From positions 1 through 59,957 of the forward strand of contig JBLHMK010000002.1 in the NCBI GenBank assembly GCA_047621945.1: a stretch of 59,957 bases of DNA. The letters are read 5' to 3'. Of the stretch, positions 1 through 10,120 are shown piece after piece. Numbering within the stretch: the first letter of the stretch is position 1; each line of letters opens with the position of its first letter. The position numbers were made by a program, and so were the translations under genes. The DNA is from Flavobacteriaceae bacterium. GTDB taxonomy: Bacteria > Bacteroidota > Bacteroidia > Chitinophagales > UBA8649. The notes below the pieces were generated by a model. It searched no databases, had not been told where the DNA came from, and saw only the letters and a list, made by a program, of their open reading frames with translations.

Positions 1-735
1 TTGCCAAGAAGCTGAATCGCTATTAATATGATTAACGCTTACAAAGAAATCTTGATTGGTAATCGAGATCATGGGGAAATCGGACCATGCATTATTATTA
101 AAAGGATTGCCAGTTAAACTGTAGACGTTCCACCCTAAACTAGGATCATTCGTTTCTGAAAAACACACGACTATTTCTGTTGAAGACGCATCATTCCCGT
201 TCAAGAATACCAAAATAAACCGGTCTTCCCCTGGATCATAAATCACCTTTGGGTCGTATGAGTTTGCCACCAGACCCAGACTGTCAGCAAATTCATCTAA
301 CCCTACATCAAGTAAAGCCATACCCGACTCATCATAAACGAACATATCTGAATTCGATACAGAAACAACTATGCCCTCATTAGAGATTGCGATGTCATTA
401 TCATTTGGTATCCCACCAAAAGTATTCCCTTGGAAACCCAAGCTATAAATGGCTACATCACTATTAGTTGCTTTTAAAGATTTCGGTGATGGTTCTTCTC
501 GGAGACTTGCGTCACCAAATCTTAATTGCTTGATTTGATGAATAAAATTACGATAAGAATCACTGCCTGGATAAGGCGCTTCTTTACCATATACATTTGC
601 ATGCCAGCTAGGTGCCAAGTCCTCAAAAACAAAAGTTCCTATTTTTTCAAATTCGAAAGTTTCAGTTTCCTGCGCATTCGCAAAACTGCAAACAATCGAA
701 AGAAGGATAATAGAGGTAAGTTTGAATACTTTCAT
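1..735 (-). CDS. hypothetical secreted protein, N-terminal part (gene runs off the left window edge)
   Basis: The minus-strand frame is open from the ATG at 735..733 to position 1 with no stop. It is absent from the ORF track because it has no in-window stop. My reverse-complement translation starts MKVFKLTSIILLSIVCSFANAQ, a Sec signal peptide. No family recognised. Confidence 0.6.
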   Translation of the reverse strand, partial: MKVFKLTSIILLSIVCSFANAQETETFEFEKIGTFVFEDLAPSWHANVYGKEAPYPGSDSYRNFIHQIKQLRFGDASLREEPSPKSLKATNSDVAIYSLGFQGNTFGGIPNDNDIAISNEGIVVSVSNSDMFVYDESGMALLDVGLDEFADSLGLVANSYDPKVIYDPGEDRFILVFLNGNDASSTEIVVCFSETNDPSLGWNVYSLTGNPFNNNAWSDFPMISITNQDFFVSVNHINSDSASWQ

Positions 736-787
736 AATTCAGCCGGTTTGTGCTATAAATTTACTAGTCTTTTATGATATTTACCTT

Positions 788-1225
788 ATGATAGTAAAAG
801 AAGTACTTTTTGATAGCGCAGAATACAAATTACTCCTAAAAATTCGAGAGGAAGAGTTACGGAGGCCATTGGGTCGAACCCTTATAGCAGCAGACACTTT
901 TCAAGAAGAGGAACAATATCATTTCGGTGTTTTCAAAGGCGACCAAGCCATTGCTTGCATGGTTCTCCGCCCTATTGATGTAGAGCAAGTTAAAATGCGA
1001 CAAGTATGTACCTCAAATGAATGGCAAGGAAAAGGTTTGGGTATGCAACTCTTAAAATTTGCAGAACATTGGGCTCAAGAAAAAAACTATTCAAAGATTA
1101 CTTGTCACGCTAGGGAAAGCGCTACTCCATTCTATTTGAAGAACGGCTATAGTATCCAAGGAGGACTATTTGAAGAAGCAGGCATTCCACACTACCTCAT
1201 GTTTAAAGATATTCAACCAAGCTAA
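788..1225 (+). CDS. GNAT family N-acetyltransferase
   Basis: ORF 722..1225. It carries the acetyl-CoA binding motif QGKGLGMQLL and the ...FYLKNGY segment typical of GNAT. I prefer the internal ATG at 788 (MIVKEV...) because the 722 start overlaps the divergent upstream gene's start. Confidence 0.75.
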   Translation: MIVKEVLFDSAEYKLLLKIREEELRRPLGRTLIAADTFQEEEQYHFGVFKGDQAIACMVLRPIDVEQVKMRQVCTSNEWQGKGLGMQLLKFAEHWAQEKNYSKITCHARESATPFYLKNGYSIQGGLFEEAGIPHYLMFKDIQPS

Positions 1226-1232
1226 GCCAAGG

Positions 1233-3110
1233 CTACCATCCGCCGCCTCCACCTCCGCCACCGCCACCGCCGGAGAATCCACCACCACCTGAAAAACCAC
1301 CACCTGAGCTACTTGATTGGGGTGCTCTGCTTGAAGTTGTAATCGTACTATGTAAACTGGATGCCAGTGATGTTCCTAAGGATCGAGTATTAAAGCGTCC
1401 TGAAGAACCCCCATACCAAGTAGGCTGGTAAGTACCTTGCTTGATCGCTTCATCCACAATGCTTTCAAATTTCTTGGTCCATTCAGTTTCACAGTTCAAA
1501 GCCACGGCATAAGGCAAAAGGCGTTCAAAGAGTCTAATGTTTTCTTCTGTAGTCTTCGCTTGCTCCATGCGATGCTCCTCTGCAGTTTTCAAATACATCT
1601 GAAAACCTTCAATTTCATCCATAACTTTTCGCCCCATAACTGTTGGAGCTTTAAGCAAATAATTGAAAAGAACGATTAACAAAACATAAAGGACAAGGAT
1701 AACAATTCCAGTATATGAACCCATAATACTGAAAGTGAAAAAGCCAATAATCCAAGCAAAAATAAAAGGAATACTAAACAACAACATTCCAGCACCCGCT
1801 CCGAATCGTTTCTCTTTGAAATTGCTAAAGGATGTTTTCAGCAAGAATAAACAAGCTAAGCTCCAAGCTGTCATCCAAACCGTCGAAAACATATCCACTG
1901 CATTCTTGGACAATACAAACATGACCAATAAAAATGGTATTGCAATAAAAACTCCAAGCGCTAGATAACCCTTATTAAGTTTGAAGTGATCTTGAGCAAT
2001 TTCATCTTTCAAGCTAGCTCTCAAGCCACTAATAGCCCCTTGGATAGTTTGATGATTAGTTTGCTTTAGGCTTAGGCTATTTGCACTTCCTTTAAATAGA
2101 TTTCCTAATAGATTTTTTTCTCCACTAGATATTCCTATACGCTCCTTATCAGTCAATTTCAAACTATAGGCATTCCTCTTACTTCCTTCGATTTTCAGAT
2201 ACCCATTTACAGCTAGACTGAGCACCGAGGCAGTAAATGCTTTTTTATCATAGCCCATTTTATACACATAACGTATTGCAGCTGGGCTTAAGTTTTTAGG
2301 CGGGTCAAACCTAGGAAATACCAGACCCTTTGGGGGGTCAACTCCCACGCCACTCCACACAAATAGAAAATATAATGCAAGCACCACTAATCCAAATACG
2401 CCTATGAGAAAGCCAATATTGTCTTTTAGGAGTTTTTCCCAGTAATTAGGTTCAGCTACTATACCCTTATTTACTGCCACGGCAATAGTCATCCCTTCTT
2501 TGGCCATCAAACGTTTAGTCGCTATAAAATTCACTTGGGTGCTATCATCAATAGTAGCATTATAATTGGATGCAGACTCCCCATAAAAACCTGTATACCC
2601 GTGATATTGAACCACATGACCACCTTGAGGCACACTCACATGAGCACTTAGGCTATCAATTCCGAATTCCCAATAGTTCCCATTAACATTCCAATAGAGT
2701 TCATCAAAATCCTCGTAAAAGCTTAACTGGTTATCTGTTGTGTAATGAATAGTATAGGTGTAATACCCTGGTGTTAAATAAACAGAACTGCTTCCAATAT
2801 ACAGTTTGATTTCCTTGCTAAGTTCTTCTGCATGATAGTCCTCTTGATTTCCATCCTTCAATACTTCTACAAAATCATAACTAACCTCAAAGTTTAGCCC
2901 AAATTTCGCTTCATACGAAGTAGGTAAAACTCTATAAATACCTCGTTTGATTAAATTACCTTCTGCATTTACCTTAATAGTTTCTGTTATACTTAGTCCG
3001 CCGTTATCCAGGATTTCTATTTCACTATGGAAAAAGACAATGCGCTCCTGACCACTAGATACTAGCGCAAAAAACATTAGGATAAATAAACTTAGAATCT
3101 TCAAATACAT
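1233..3110 (-). CDS. DUF2207 domain-containing membrane protein with Gly-rich C-terminal tail
   Basis: 625 aa with an N-terminal signal (MYLKILSLFILMFFALVSSGQ), a large extracytoplasmic domain and several TM helices. The C-terminus is GGGFSGGGGFSGGGGGGGGGGGW. It lies directly downstream of a LemA gene, which is the classic pairing. Confidence 0.75.
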   Translation of the reverse strand: MYLKILSLFILMFFALVSSGQERIVFFHSEIEILDNGGLSITETIKVNAEGNLIKRGIYRVLPTSYEAKFGLNFEVSYDFVEVLKDGNQEDYHAEELSKEIKLYIGSSSVYLTPGYYTYTIHYTTDNQLSFYEDFDELYWNVNGNYWEFGIDSLSAHVSVPQGGHVVQYHGYTGFYGESASNYNATIDDSTQVNFIATKRLMAKEGMTIAVAVNKGIVAEPNYWEKLLKDNIGFLIGVFGLVVLALYFLFVWSGVGVDPPKGLVFPRFDPPKNLSPAAIRYVYKMGYDKKAFTASVLSLAVNGYLKIEGSKRNAYSLKLTDKERIGISSGEKNLLGNLFKGSANSLSLKQTNHQTIQGAISGLRASLKDEIAQDHFKLNKGYLALGVFIAIPFLLVMFVLSKNAVDMFSTVWMTAWSLACLFLLKTSFSNFKEKRFGAGAGMLLFSIPFIFAWIIGFFTFSIMGSYTGIVILVLYVLLIVLFNYLLKAPTVMGRKVMDEIEGFQMYLKTAEEHRMEQAKTTEENIRLFERLLPYAVALNCETEWTKKFESIVDEAIKQGTYQPTWYGGSSGRFNTRSLGTSLASSLHSTITTSSRAPQSSSSGGGFSGGGGFSGGGGGGGGGGGW

Positions 3111-3112
3111 AC

Positions 3113-3670
3113 TTATTCGGTAAAAGAGATTTCAAGATTTTTTCTTTCTTCAATACTATCCAGTTCAAAAAAATCGAACTTTTTAAAATCGAAAACTGCA
3201 GCAACCAGGTTGGCAGGGAAAGATTGGATACCAATATTATAATTTCGAACAGTGCCATTATAGTATCTCCGAGCCATTTGTATTTGATTTTCTATTTCAA
3301 AAATTTGCTCTTGAAGCTTAAGAAAATGTTCATCAGCTTTGAGTTCAGGATAATTCTCAATGGCTATCATGAGTTGGCTCAGTTTATCACTAAGCACATT
3401 TTCAGAAACAGATTTCCCCTTTGGCGTACTAGTTTCCATAGCTTTTGCTCTTAAGGCAGTAACTTCACTAAGAATGGACCGCTCGTGTTCTGTATATGCC
3501 TTAACCGTGTGCACTAAGTTCGGAATAACCTCATAGCGCAATTTAAGCTGTACATCGATGAGGGACCACCCCTCTTTTACCATATTTCGCAGTTTGATAA
3601 ATTTATTGAACACTACTGCCAAGGCAATGAGTATGACCACAATAAAAACAGTTATATAAATAAGCGTCAT
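3113..3670 (-). CDS. lemA: LemA family protein
   Basis: 185 aa with a single N-terminal TM helix. The sequence FNKFIKLRNMVKEGWSLIDVQLKLRYEVIPNLV...RRYYNGTVRNYN is typical LemA. There is a 2-nt gap to the DUF2207 gene. Confidence 0.85.
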   Translation of the reverse strand: MTLIYITVFIVVILIALAVVFNKFIKLRNMVKEGWSLIDVQLKLRYEVIPNLVHTVKAYTEHERSILSEVTALRAKAMETSTPKGKSVSENVLSDKLSQLMIAIENYPELKADEHFLKLQEQIFEIENQIQMARRYYNGTVRNYNIGIQSFPANLVAAVFDFKKFDFFELDSIEERKNLEISFTE

Positions 3671-3750
3671 GATTCTATTTCTTCAATCAAAAATAAGGAA
3701 AAAGATTTGGAATGAATTCAAAGCTTCAGAAGGCACAGAATCTTACAAAT

Positions 3751-3790
3751 AAAAAACCCCGTATCGAGAAGAACTCAACACGGGGTTTCA
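3751..3790 (-). terminator. rho-independent terminator after rplT
   Basis: On the minus strand the sequence reads AACCCCGTGTTGAGTTCTTCTCGATACGGGGTTTTTT. This is an 8-bp GC-containing stem followed by a T-run, about 20 nt after the rplT stop. Confidence 0.8.
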
Positions 3791-3808
3791 TATATTATAA
3801 GCTAAAAC

Positions 3809-4153
3809 CTATTTTACTGAATCAACAATCGTTTTGAAAGTTGCAGGTTCGTTCATAGCCAAATCAGCTAATGCTTTTCTATTTAAAGTAATTCCTTTCT
3901 TATGAACACCATCCATAAATTGAGAATAACTCATATCGTGCTCACGAACAGCAGCGTTAATTCTAGCGATCCATAAAGATCTGAATTCTCTTTTCTTCAA
4001 TCTTCTATGCTCGTAAGCATAGCTAAGTCCTTTTTCAACTGCGTTTTTTGCAACTGTCCACACATTCTTTCTTCTTCCAAAATATCCTTTTGCAAGTTTA
4101 AGGGTGGCTTTTCTTTTCGCTCTCGCGGCTGGTCTGTTGGTAGCTCTAGGCAT
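3809..4153 (-). CDS. rplT: 50S ribosomal protein L20
   Basis: 114 aa starting [30 protein letters not shown]..., a canonical L20. It sits in the conserved thrS-infC-rpmI-rplT order. Confidence 0.97.
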   Translation of the reverse strand: MPRATNRPAARAKRKATLKLAKGYFGRRKNVWTVAKNAVEKGLSYAYEHRRLKKREFRSLWIARINAAVREHDMSYSQFMDGVHKKGITLNRKALADLAMNEPATFKTIVDSVK

Positions 4154-4182
4154 TTCTTAATTCTTTTAATCTTTCAACGATA

Positions 4183-4377
4183 TTACATGCAAAGCATTCT
4201 CTTCACTCTAGGCTTATCACCTTTAGATACCGAAGCATCTTGTGTTAACCCTTTTTTACGGTCTTTATCTTTCTTTGTTAAGATATGACTGTGAAAAGCT
4301 TTTCTTCTCATTATTTTACCTGTACCTGTTACTTTAAAACGTTTCTTGGCACTGGAATTAGTTTTCATCTTCGGCAT
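4183..4377 (-). CDS. rpmI: 50S ribosomal protein L35
   Basis: 64 aa starting [33 protein letters not shown], a canonical L35. Confidence 0.95.
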   Translation of the reverse strand: MPKMKTNSSAKKRFKVTGTGKIMRRKAFHSHILTKKDKDRKKGLTQDASVSKGDKPRVKRMLCM

Positions 4378-4495
4378 AATCCAAAATTTTTGGAGTGCAA
4401 ATGTACACTTAATATTTTAAGTTTACAATAGTTTGCGTATAAAAATATAATAAATTTAACTGTAAATTTCTCGCTTTAATTTCGAGAACTTTCAG

Positions 4496-5047
4496 CTATT
4501 TTTTCGACTTCTTTTTAGGACCAATAACCATGATCATTCGCTTACCTTCCAATTTAGGTAGTTGCTCAGGAGCTCCTAAATCTTCTAGGCGTTTTGCTAG
4601 CTTCAATAATAGTAGCTCTCCTCTATCCTTAAATACAATAGATCTACCTTTAAAATGAACATAAGCTTTAATCTTAGAACCTTCTTCTAAGAACTTCTCA
4701 CCATGCTTGGCTTTAAACTCAAAATCGTGATCATCAGTATTAGGACCAAAACGGAGTTCCTTAATAACGGTTTTTTGCGTTTTTGCCTTTATCTCTTTTT
4801 CCTTCTTTTTCTTCTCGTAAAGGAATTTTTTATAATCTAATATTTTACATACAGGAGGACTAGCTTTAGGAGATATTTCTACTAAATCTAATTCCAATTC
4901 GCCTGCAAGGTTTAATGCTTCTTCTAAAGAGTAAATTTCCGGTTCTACATTATCACCGGTCAGTCTCACTTGTTGTGCACGGATTCGGTCATTGATTTTG
5001 TGTTGGGCTTCTTGTTTAACTCTAGGTCTAAAATTTGGTCTTCTCAA
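4496..5047 (-). CDS. infC: translation initiation factor IF-3 (non-ATG start)
   Basis: Contains ...[18 protein letters not shown]...[26 protein letters not shown]... plus the C-terminal IF3 domain. The codon at 5047..5045 is TTG. There is no in-frame ATG in the N-terminal region, and an in-frame ATT lies at 5062..5060. Confidence 0.9.
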   Translation of the reverse strand: MRRPNFRPRVKQEAQHKINDRIRAQQVRLTGDNVEPEIYSLEEALNLAGELELDLVEISPKASPPVCKILDYKKFLYEKKKKEKEIKAKTQKTVIKELRFGPNTDDHDFEFKAKHGEKFLEEGSKIKAYVHFKGRSIVFKDRGELLLLKLAKRLEDLGAPEQLPKLEGKRMIMVIGPKKKSKK

Positions 5048-5157
5048 GTACTTGTTTTTAATTTTATAATGTTGGATTCCTCCAATTCATCCGCAATTTA
5101 TTGATTTTAGTTTAGATTACTAAACTTTAACACACTTCATTTACAAAGATGGAGAAT

Positions 5158-7086
5158 TTATTCACTTTTTACTTCTTCCAAAATCATGCCAGCAAAATCG
5201 TCTATTGATTGACTTCCTAAGTCACCAACCGCCTGCTTCCTGATGGCTAACTCATTGGAATTCATTTCCTTCTCTCCAATTACTACCATGTAAGGAATTT
5301 TCATTACCTCTGCATCTCTAATCTTCTTTCCTATTTTTTCATAACGCTCATCAACTCGAGCTCTAATCCCACGGGCTTTCAATTGCTCAAGTACTTCCAA
5401 AGAGAACTCATTAAATTTCTCGGAAATTGGCAAAATAACCACTTGTTCAGGTGCTAGCCAAAGTGGGAACTTCCCTCCGGTATGTTCGATCAGTACAGCA
5501 ATAAAACGCTCTAAAGATCCAAAAGGAGCTCTGTGAATCATTACTGGACGATGTCTTTCATTATCCGCACCGATGTATTCCAATTCAAAACGCTCAGGTA
5601 AGTTGTAATCTACTTGAATGGTTCCCAATTGCCAGCTTCTTCCCAAAGCATCTTTGATCATAAAATCTAGCTTAGGACCGTAGAATGCTGCTTCACCTAA
5701 TTCAGTTACTGTTTTTAAGCCTACTTCTTCAGTAGCTTCAATAATTGCACGTTCTGCTTTATCCCAATTTTCTTTACTTCCAATATATTTATCAGGATTG
5801 TCAGGGTCACGAAGGGAAATTTGAGCCGTATAATCAGTAAAACTTAGCTTGTTCAACATCGATGTAGTTAACTCCAATACATCCAAAAACTCTTTCTTCA
5901 ACTGGTCAGCCGTACAAAAGATATGGGCATCATCTTGCGTAAACCCTCTTACCCTGGTTAAGCCATGTAACTCTCCACTTTGTTCGTAACGATAAACCGT
6001 TCCAAACTCCGCTACTCTGTATGGCAAATCCCTATATGATTTTGGAACATGCGCATATATTTCACAATGATGCGGGCAATTCATAGGCTTCAATAAAAAC
6101 TCTTCATCTTCTCTAGGCGTATGTATGGATTGAAAACTATCCTCTCCATACTTCTCATAATGACCACTTGTTTCATATAGTTCTTTCTTTCCAATATGGG
6201 GAGTCACTACAGGCAGATATCCTCGCTTTACTTGTTCGTTTTTCAAGTAATTAGACAATCGCTCACGCAGGTCCGCACCTTTGGGTAACCAGATTGGCAA
6301 ACCCGCCCCTACTCTCTCAGAGAACATAAACAATTCCAATTCAGCGCCTAGCTTTCTATGATCTCTCTTCTTTGCTTCCTCTAACATCTCCAAGTGATGC
6401 GCTAGCATCTCCTGATTAGGGAAACTTACTCCATAGATTCTAGTTAACTGCTTGCGTTTCTCATCTCCTCTCCAATAAGCTCCGGCAATATTGAGCAGTT
6501 TAATAGCCTTTATTTGGCCTGTTCCAGGAATGTGAGGACCTTTACACAAATCTGTGAAATTACCTTGTGTATAGAACGTTATGGCCCCATCTTCTAAGCC
6601 ATCAAGCAACTCCAATTTATATTCATCGTCTTTCTCTTTGAAGTAGGCAATTGCATCAGCTTTTGAGATCTCCTTGCGTTCATATTTACTACCAAACTTA
6701 ACTAGCTTGCGCATGGTGTTTTCAATCTTAGTCAAATCTTCCTGACCAATAGTTACCCCTTCTCCTAGATCAATGTCATAATAAAAGCCTCCATCAATTG
6801 CAGGACCTATTCCTAACTTCACACCAGGATATACTTTTTCTAAAGCTTCAGCCATCAAGTGAGCAGATGAGTGCCAGAATGTTTTCTTTCCGTCTTCATC
6901 ATCAAAGGTTAACAGCTCCAAGGTAGCATCACCTTCAATAGGACGCAATAAATCTTGAACTTCACCATTTACTCGTGCAGCCATTACTTTTTTCGCTAAT
7001 CCATTACTTATTCCTTTAGCTATACTTATAGCTGTTGTTCCATTTTCATACTCTTTAACTGAGCCATCCGGGAATGTGATATTCAT
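5158..7086 (-). CDS. thrS: threonine--tRNA ligase
   Basis: About 642 aa with a TGS domain, a second-additional domain, a class II core (..[11 protein letters not shown]..) and an anticodon-binding domain. The track start at 7089 is TTG, and the adjacent ATG at 7086 (MNITFPDG) is preferred. Confidence 0.95.
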   Translation of the reverse strand: MNITFPDGSVKEYENGTTAISIAKGISNGLAKKVMAARVNGEVQDLLRPIEGDATLELLTFDDEDGKKTFWHSSAHLMAEALEKVYPGVKLGIGPAIDGGFYYDIDLGEGVTIGQEDLTKIENTMRKLVKFGSKYERKEISKADAIAYFKEKDDEYKLELLDGLEDGAITFYTQGNFTDLCKGPHIPGTGQIKAIKLLNIAGAYWRGDEKRKQLTRIYGVSFPNQEMLAHHLEMLEEAKKRDHRKLGAELELFMFSERVGAGLPIWLPKGADLRERLSNYLKNEQVKRGYLPVVTPHIGKKELYETSGHYEKYGEDSFQSIHTPREDEEFLLKPMNCPHHCEIYAHVPKSYRDLPYRVAEFGTVYRYEQSGELHGLTRVRGFTQDDAHIFCTADQLKKEFLDVLELTTSMLNKLSFTDYTAQISLRDPDNPDKYIGSKENWDKAERAIIEATEEVGLKTVTELGEAAFYGPKLDFMIKDALGRSWQLGTIQVDYNLPERFELEYIGADNERHRPVMIHRAPFGSLERFIAVLIEHTGGKFPLWLAPEQVVILPISEKFNEFSLEVLEQLKARGIRARVDERYEKIGKKIRDAEVMKIPYMVVIGEKEMNSNELAIRKQAVGDLGSQSIDDFAGMILEEVKSE

Positions 7087-7384
7087 CAATTCTACAATTT
7101 GTCACAAATTTCAAAAGATTAAACGAGAATAGAAAGAGAAAGAGTGGTTTTCTTTAAGGAATATTAGTCCTAGCGAGATGTTGCGACCAGAATGAGCTAT
7201 AACTATAAGGATATTAGAATCTAGACTATATAATCTATACTTCTTACTTAGTACTCTTCCGACAAATAGAAATCTCACACACGATTTACTTTTATCCACA
7301 TCTAGGTATAAAAAAGGAAGCTTAAGTTTAGAAATGTTCTTTGCTTACCTCATCTTTACAATTCACTTCGTAAGTACCCAACTA

Positions 7385-8617
7385 ATGAGTCAATCTACAT
7401 CCTTCCCAAAAAAGAAAATAAAAGTCTTATTGCTAGAGAGTGTTAGTCCTTCAGCTAAAACTGAGTTTGAGAAAGCCGGGTATTTAGATGTAGAAATTCT
7501 TAATGGGGCATTAAGCGAAGATGATCTTATTAAAGCTTTAAAAGATGTTCGGGTATTGGGCATTCGAAGCAAGACTCAGCTGACTGCAAAAGTTTTGAAA
7601 TCTGCTGATAAATTAATGAGCGTAGGTTGCTTTTGTATTGGAACCAATCAAGTCGATTTAGAAACTGCTAAAGAACAAGGTATTGCCGTTTTTAATGCGC
7701 CCTTTAGTAATACTCGGTCTGTTGCCGAGTTAGTAATCTCTACAGCGATTATGCTCATTCGTCGAATTCCAGAAAAAAATGAAGCGGCTCATAAAGGAAT
7801 TTGGCTAAAGGAAAGCAAAAACAGTCATGAGATCAGAGGTAAGAAGCTAGGAATTATTGGCTACGGTCATATTGGCTCACAAGTTTCTGTTTTAGCAGAA
7901 TCTTTAGGTTTGGAAGTTCATTATTATGATGTAGAGAGTAAACTACCTTTAGGAAATGCAAACACAGCAAACAGCATCAAAGATATTATTGAAAATTGTG
8001 ACATTGTCACCTTGCATGTGCCTGCTTTACCATCAACAATTAATTTGATTGATAAAAAGTTGATTAATCATTTTAGAAAAGGGCAATACTTGATTAATAT
8101 GAGTAGAGGAAATGTAGTAGATATTGACGCACTTAAAGATTCTATGGAAAATGGAATTATCGCTGGAGCGGCAATTGACGTATTTCCTGTTGAACCTAAA
8201 AAAGCTGGTGACAAGTTCTATTCACCTTTACAAGGAATCCCTAATGTAATTTTAACGCCACATATTGGAGGAAGCACTGAAGAGGCCCAATGGAATATTG
8301 GAATCGATGTGTCTAGTAAAATGCTTAAGTATTTAGAAACCGGTTCAACGTTAGGCTCACACAGTCTCCCAGAGTTAAGTTTACCAAAAGTAGAAAACAC
8401 TCATCGTATACTGCACATTCATGAGAACACCCCAGGAATACTAAGCGAGATTAACAAGAGAATGTCTGATTTAGAAGTAAATATACTTGGTCAATACCTT
8501 AGCACTAATGAGAAAGTTGGCTATGTTGTATTAGATGTAAGTACCCAAGCTGGTGATGAAACTCTCGAGCTGTTAAAATCTGTTCCCCATACAATTAGTG
8601 CTAGAATACTCTATTAA
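7385..8617 (+). CDS. serA: D-3-phosphoglycerate dehydrogenase (2-hydroxyacid dehydrogenase with C-terminal ACT domain)
   Basis: KIKVLLLESVS...GIIGYGHIGSQV (NAD-binding)...TLHVP...MSRG..D...TPHIGGST, followed by a C-terminal regulatory domain. This is the E. coli-type SerA architecture. I prefer the ATG at 7385 (MSQSTSFPKKKIKV) over the hydrophobic extension from 7334. Confidence 0.85.
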   Translation: MSQSTSFPKKKIKVLLLESVSPSAKTEFEKAGYLDVEILNGALSEDDLIKALKDVRVLGIRSKTQLTAKVLKSADKLMSVGCFCIGTNQVDLETAKEQGIAVFNAPFSNTRSVAELVISTAIMLIRRIPEKNEAAHKGIWLKESKNSHEIRGKKLGIIGYGHIGSQVSVLAESLGLEVHYYDVESKLPLGNANTANSIKDIIENCDIVTLHVPALPSTINLIDKKLINHFRKGQYLINMSRGNVVDIDALKDSMENGIIAGAAIDVFPVEPKKAGDKFYSPLQGIPNVILTPHIGGSTEEAQWNIGIDVSSKMLKYLETGSTLGSHSLPELSLPKVENTHRILHIHENTPGILSEINKRMSDLEVNILGQYLSTNEKVGYVVLDVSTQAGDETLELLKSVPHTISARILY

Positions 8618-8755
8618 TTGTGTTTTAATTCCTAATTTGTTCCTATCAGCAATCTAATTACTTATGTTTCCCTATAAATATTGATTTAATTGCCTGGTTC
8701 AAGAGGTCTTAAACTGGGTGCATTATAACTTTTATAATGCGGTAAACGAACCCTT

Positions 8756-10096
8756 ATGTACAGGCATATAATTAAAAAAAAGAATCAATTTCTAGATTGG
8801 CTTATTTCCGAAAAATCTGAAATCAGCAAAGCTACTTTATACACACATCGACGATTTGTTGAGGCGATTTTATTAGCTTTAGTTGCATCAATCATGGGTT
8901 TGGTTTTCAAATTAATGGGTATCCGAGAAAACTTCCCTATAGAGCTATCTATTTTAGTTTGTGTCATCGTACTTTGGATGTATCGTGCATATGGAAGTAA
9001 TCGAGTTGCAGGCAATGTGTTTATTGGATTTTTCTTCATTGCTTTAACTTACGACCTGTTTACAAACGTTGATGAAATTTTAGCATATTTCAGGTGGTAC
9101 GTGGTTCTCCCCATGTTTGCTTTATTTTTTATAAACAGGAATTCAGGTTTATTCTGGGGTGGAGTTATCTTAATAAGCACCTTAGGCTTGTATTCCTATG
9201 ATTTCCCTAATTCCGCAATTTTAAGCAACCCAGAAAACAAAAAATCATTTTTCAGCGACACTATAACTTATTACTTAACCGTAATCATACTCATTTATAT
9301 CTATTATAGAGGAAAAGAAGTAATTAGTGCGCAACTCATTCAAGAAAGAAAGGAGATTAAAAATAAAGCCAACGATTTACTGATCATGAAGGACCAGCTT
9401 TTAGAAAAAAATTCGGAATTACAGACTTATGCCCATGTCGTTTCACATGATTTAAAAACTCCATTAAGAGGCATATTGGGCTTCTCTGAAATTTTAAAAA
9501 ATGAGTTAACTAAGAATAAAACACTAGGGGAAGAAAGTGGAATTCATTTAGATTTCATCAAGAACAACGCCCTCCAAATGGAGGAGTTGATTACGGACAT
9601 ACTAAGATATTCAGAGTTGAGTAACAACACTTCTAAGGAATTCAAACTAGAGGATTTAAATGATTTGCTTAAACAAGCAATTAGCAGTTTTCCAAACAAG
9701 CAAATAAAAGAAAGTGTGATTATTCATCAAGAAGAACTACCCTATGTCCCAGTTCTTAAAACTCAAACGAAGCAAATATTTCAAAACTTAATCTCTAATT
9801 CAATCAAATTCACCGACAAGAATAGACCTTTAAGAATTGAGATTACGACCAAAGACTACCCTAACCTTGTTATGTTTACTTTTAAGGATAACGGAATTGG
9901 TGTAAAGAATGAGAACCTCGAATACATGTTTCTCCCCTTCAAACGACTAAATAGTCAGAGCAGATACAATGGTTCTGGAATTGGACTTGCCAATTGCGAA
10001 AAAGTAGTGAAGCGACATAAAGGAACAATTTGGGCAGAGTCTGAATTAGGGAAAGGCTTAACAGTGTCTTTCACCTTATCCAAGAAGCCCCAATAA
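8756..10096 (+). CDS. membrane-bound sensor histidine kinase (orphan)
   Basis: The N-terminal half has multiple TM helices. The H-box is VVSHDLKTPLRGILGFSEIL, and the HATPase_c N, G1 and G2 boxes are present (NLISNSIKF, FKDNGIG, GSGIGLANC). There is no adjacent response regulator. Confidence 0.85.
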   Translation: MYRHIIKKKNQFLDWLISEKSEISKATLYTHRRFVEAILLALVASIMGLVFKLMGIRENFPIELSILVCVIVLWMYRAYGSNRVAGNVFIGFFFIALTYDLFTNVDEILAYFRWYVVLPMFALFFINRNSGLFWGGVILISTLGLYSYDFPNSAILSNPENKKSFFSDTITYYLTVIILIYIYYRGKEVISAQLIQERKEIKNKANDLLIMKDQLLEKNSELQTYAHVVSHDLKTPLRGILGFSEILKNELTKNKTLGEESGIHLDFIKNNALQMEELITDILRYSELSNNTSKEFKLEDLNDLLKQAISSFPNKQIKESVIIHQEELPYVPVLKTQTKQIFQNLISNSIKFTDKNRPLRIEITTKDYPNLVMFTFKDNGIGVKNENLEYMFLPFKRLNSQSRYNGSGIGLANCEKVVKRHKGTIWAESELGKGLTVSFTLSKKPQ

Positions 10097-10120
10097 ATTC
10101 AAGAATACTAATTTCAATGC

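Noticed and set aside
526-777. 83-aa plus-strand ORF from the supplied track
   Set aside because: It lies antisense to, and almost wholly inside, the better-supported minus-strand secreted-protein gene (1..735). It has an odd composition, a TTG start and no motif.
1236-1310. GC-rich, quasi-repetitive CCN/GGN tract that might look like a simple-sequence repeat or foreign insert
   Set aside because: It is explained by the poly-Gly C-terminal tail of the DUF2207 protein. It is in frame and continuous with the ORF.
4379-4393. TCCAAAA-T-TTTTGGA palindrome abutting the rpmI start codon (possible L20/L35 autoregulatory structure)
   Set aside because: It is A/T-only with a 1-nt loop, so it is unlikely to form a stable RNA hairpin. 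I recognised no similarity to known L20 leader structures.
7087-7384. T-box leader or E. coli-type tRNA-Thr anticodon-mimic operator upstream of thrS
   Set aside because: I found no T-box consensus (AANNNGGUGNNACCGCG-like), no specifier/antiterminator arrangement and no convincing ACC/UGU anticodon-like hairpins. It is kept only as a low-interest note about gap length.
8720-8740. GCATTATAA-ctt-TTATAATGC hairpin between serA and the histidine kinase gene
   Set aside because: The stem is AT-rich with a 3-nt loop and no following T-run. It lies 100 nt after the serA stop, so evidence is insufficient to call it a terminator or operator.
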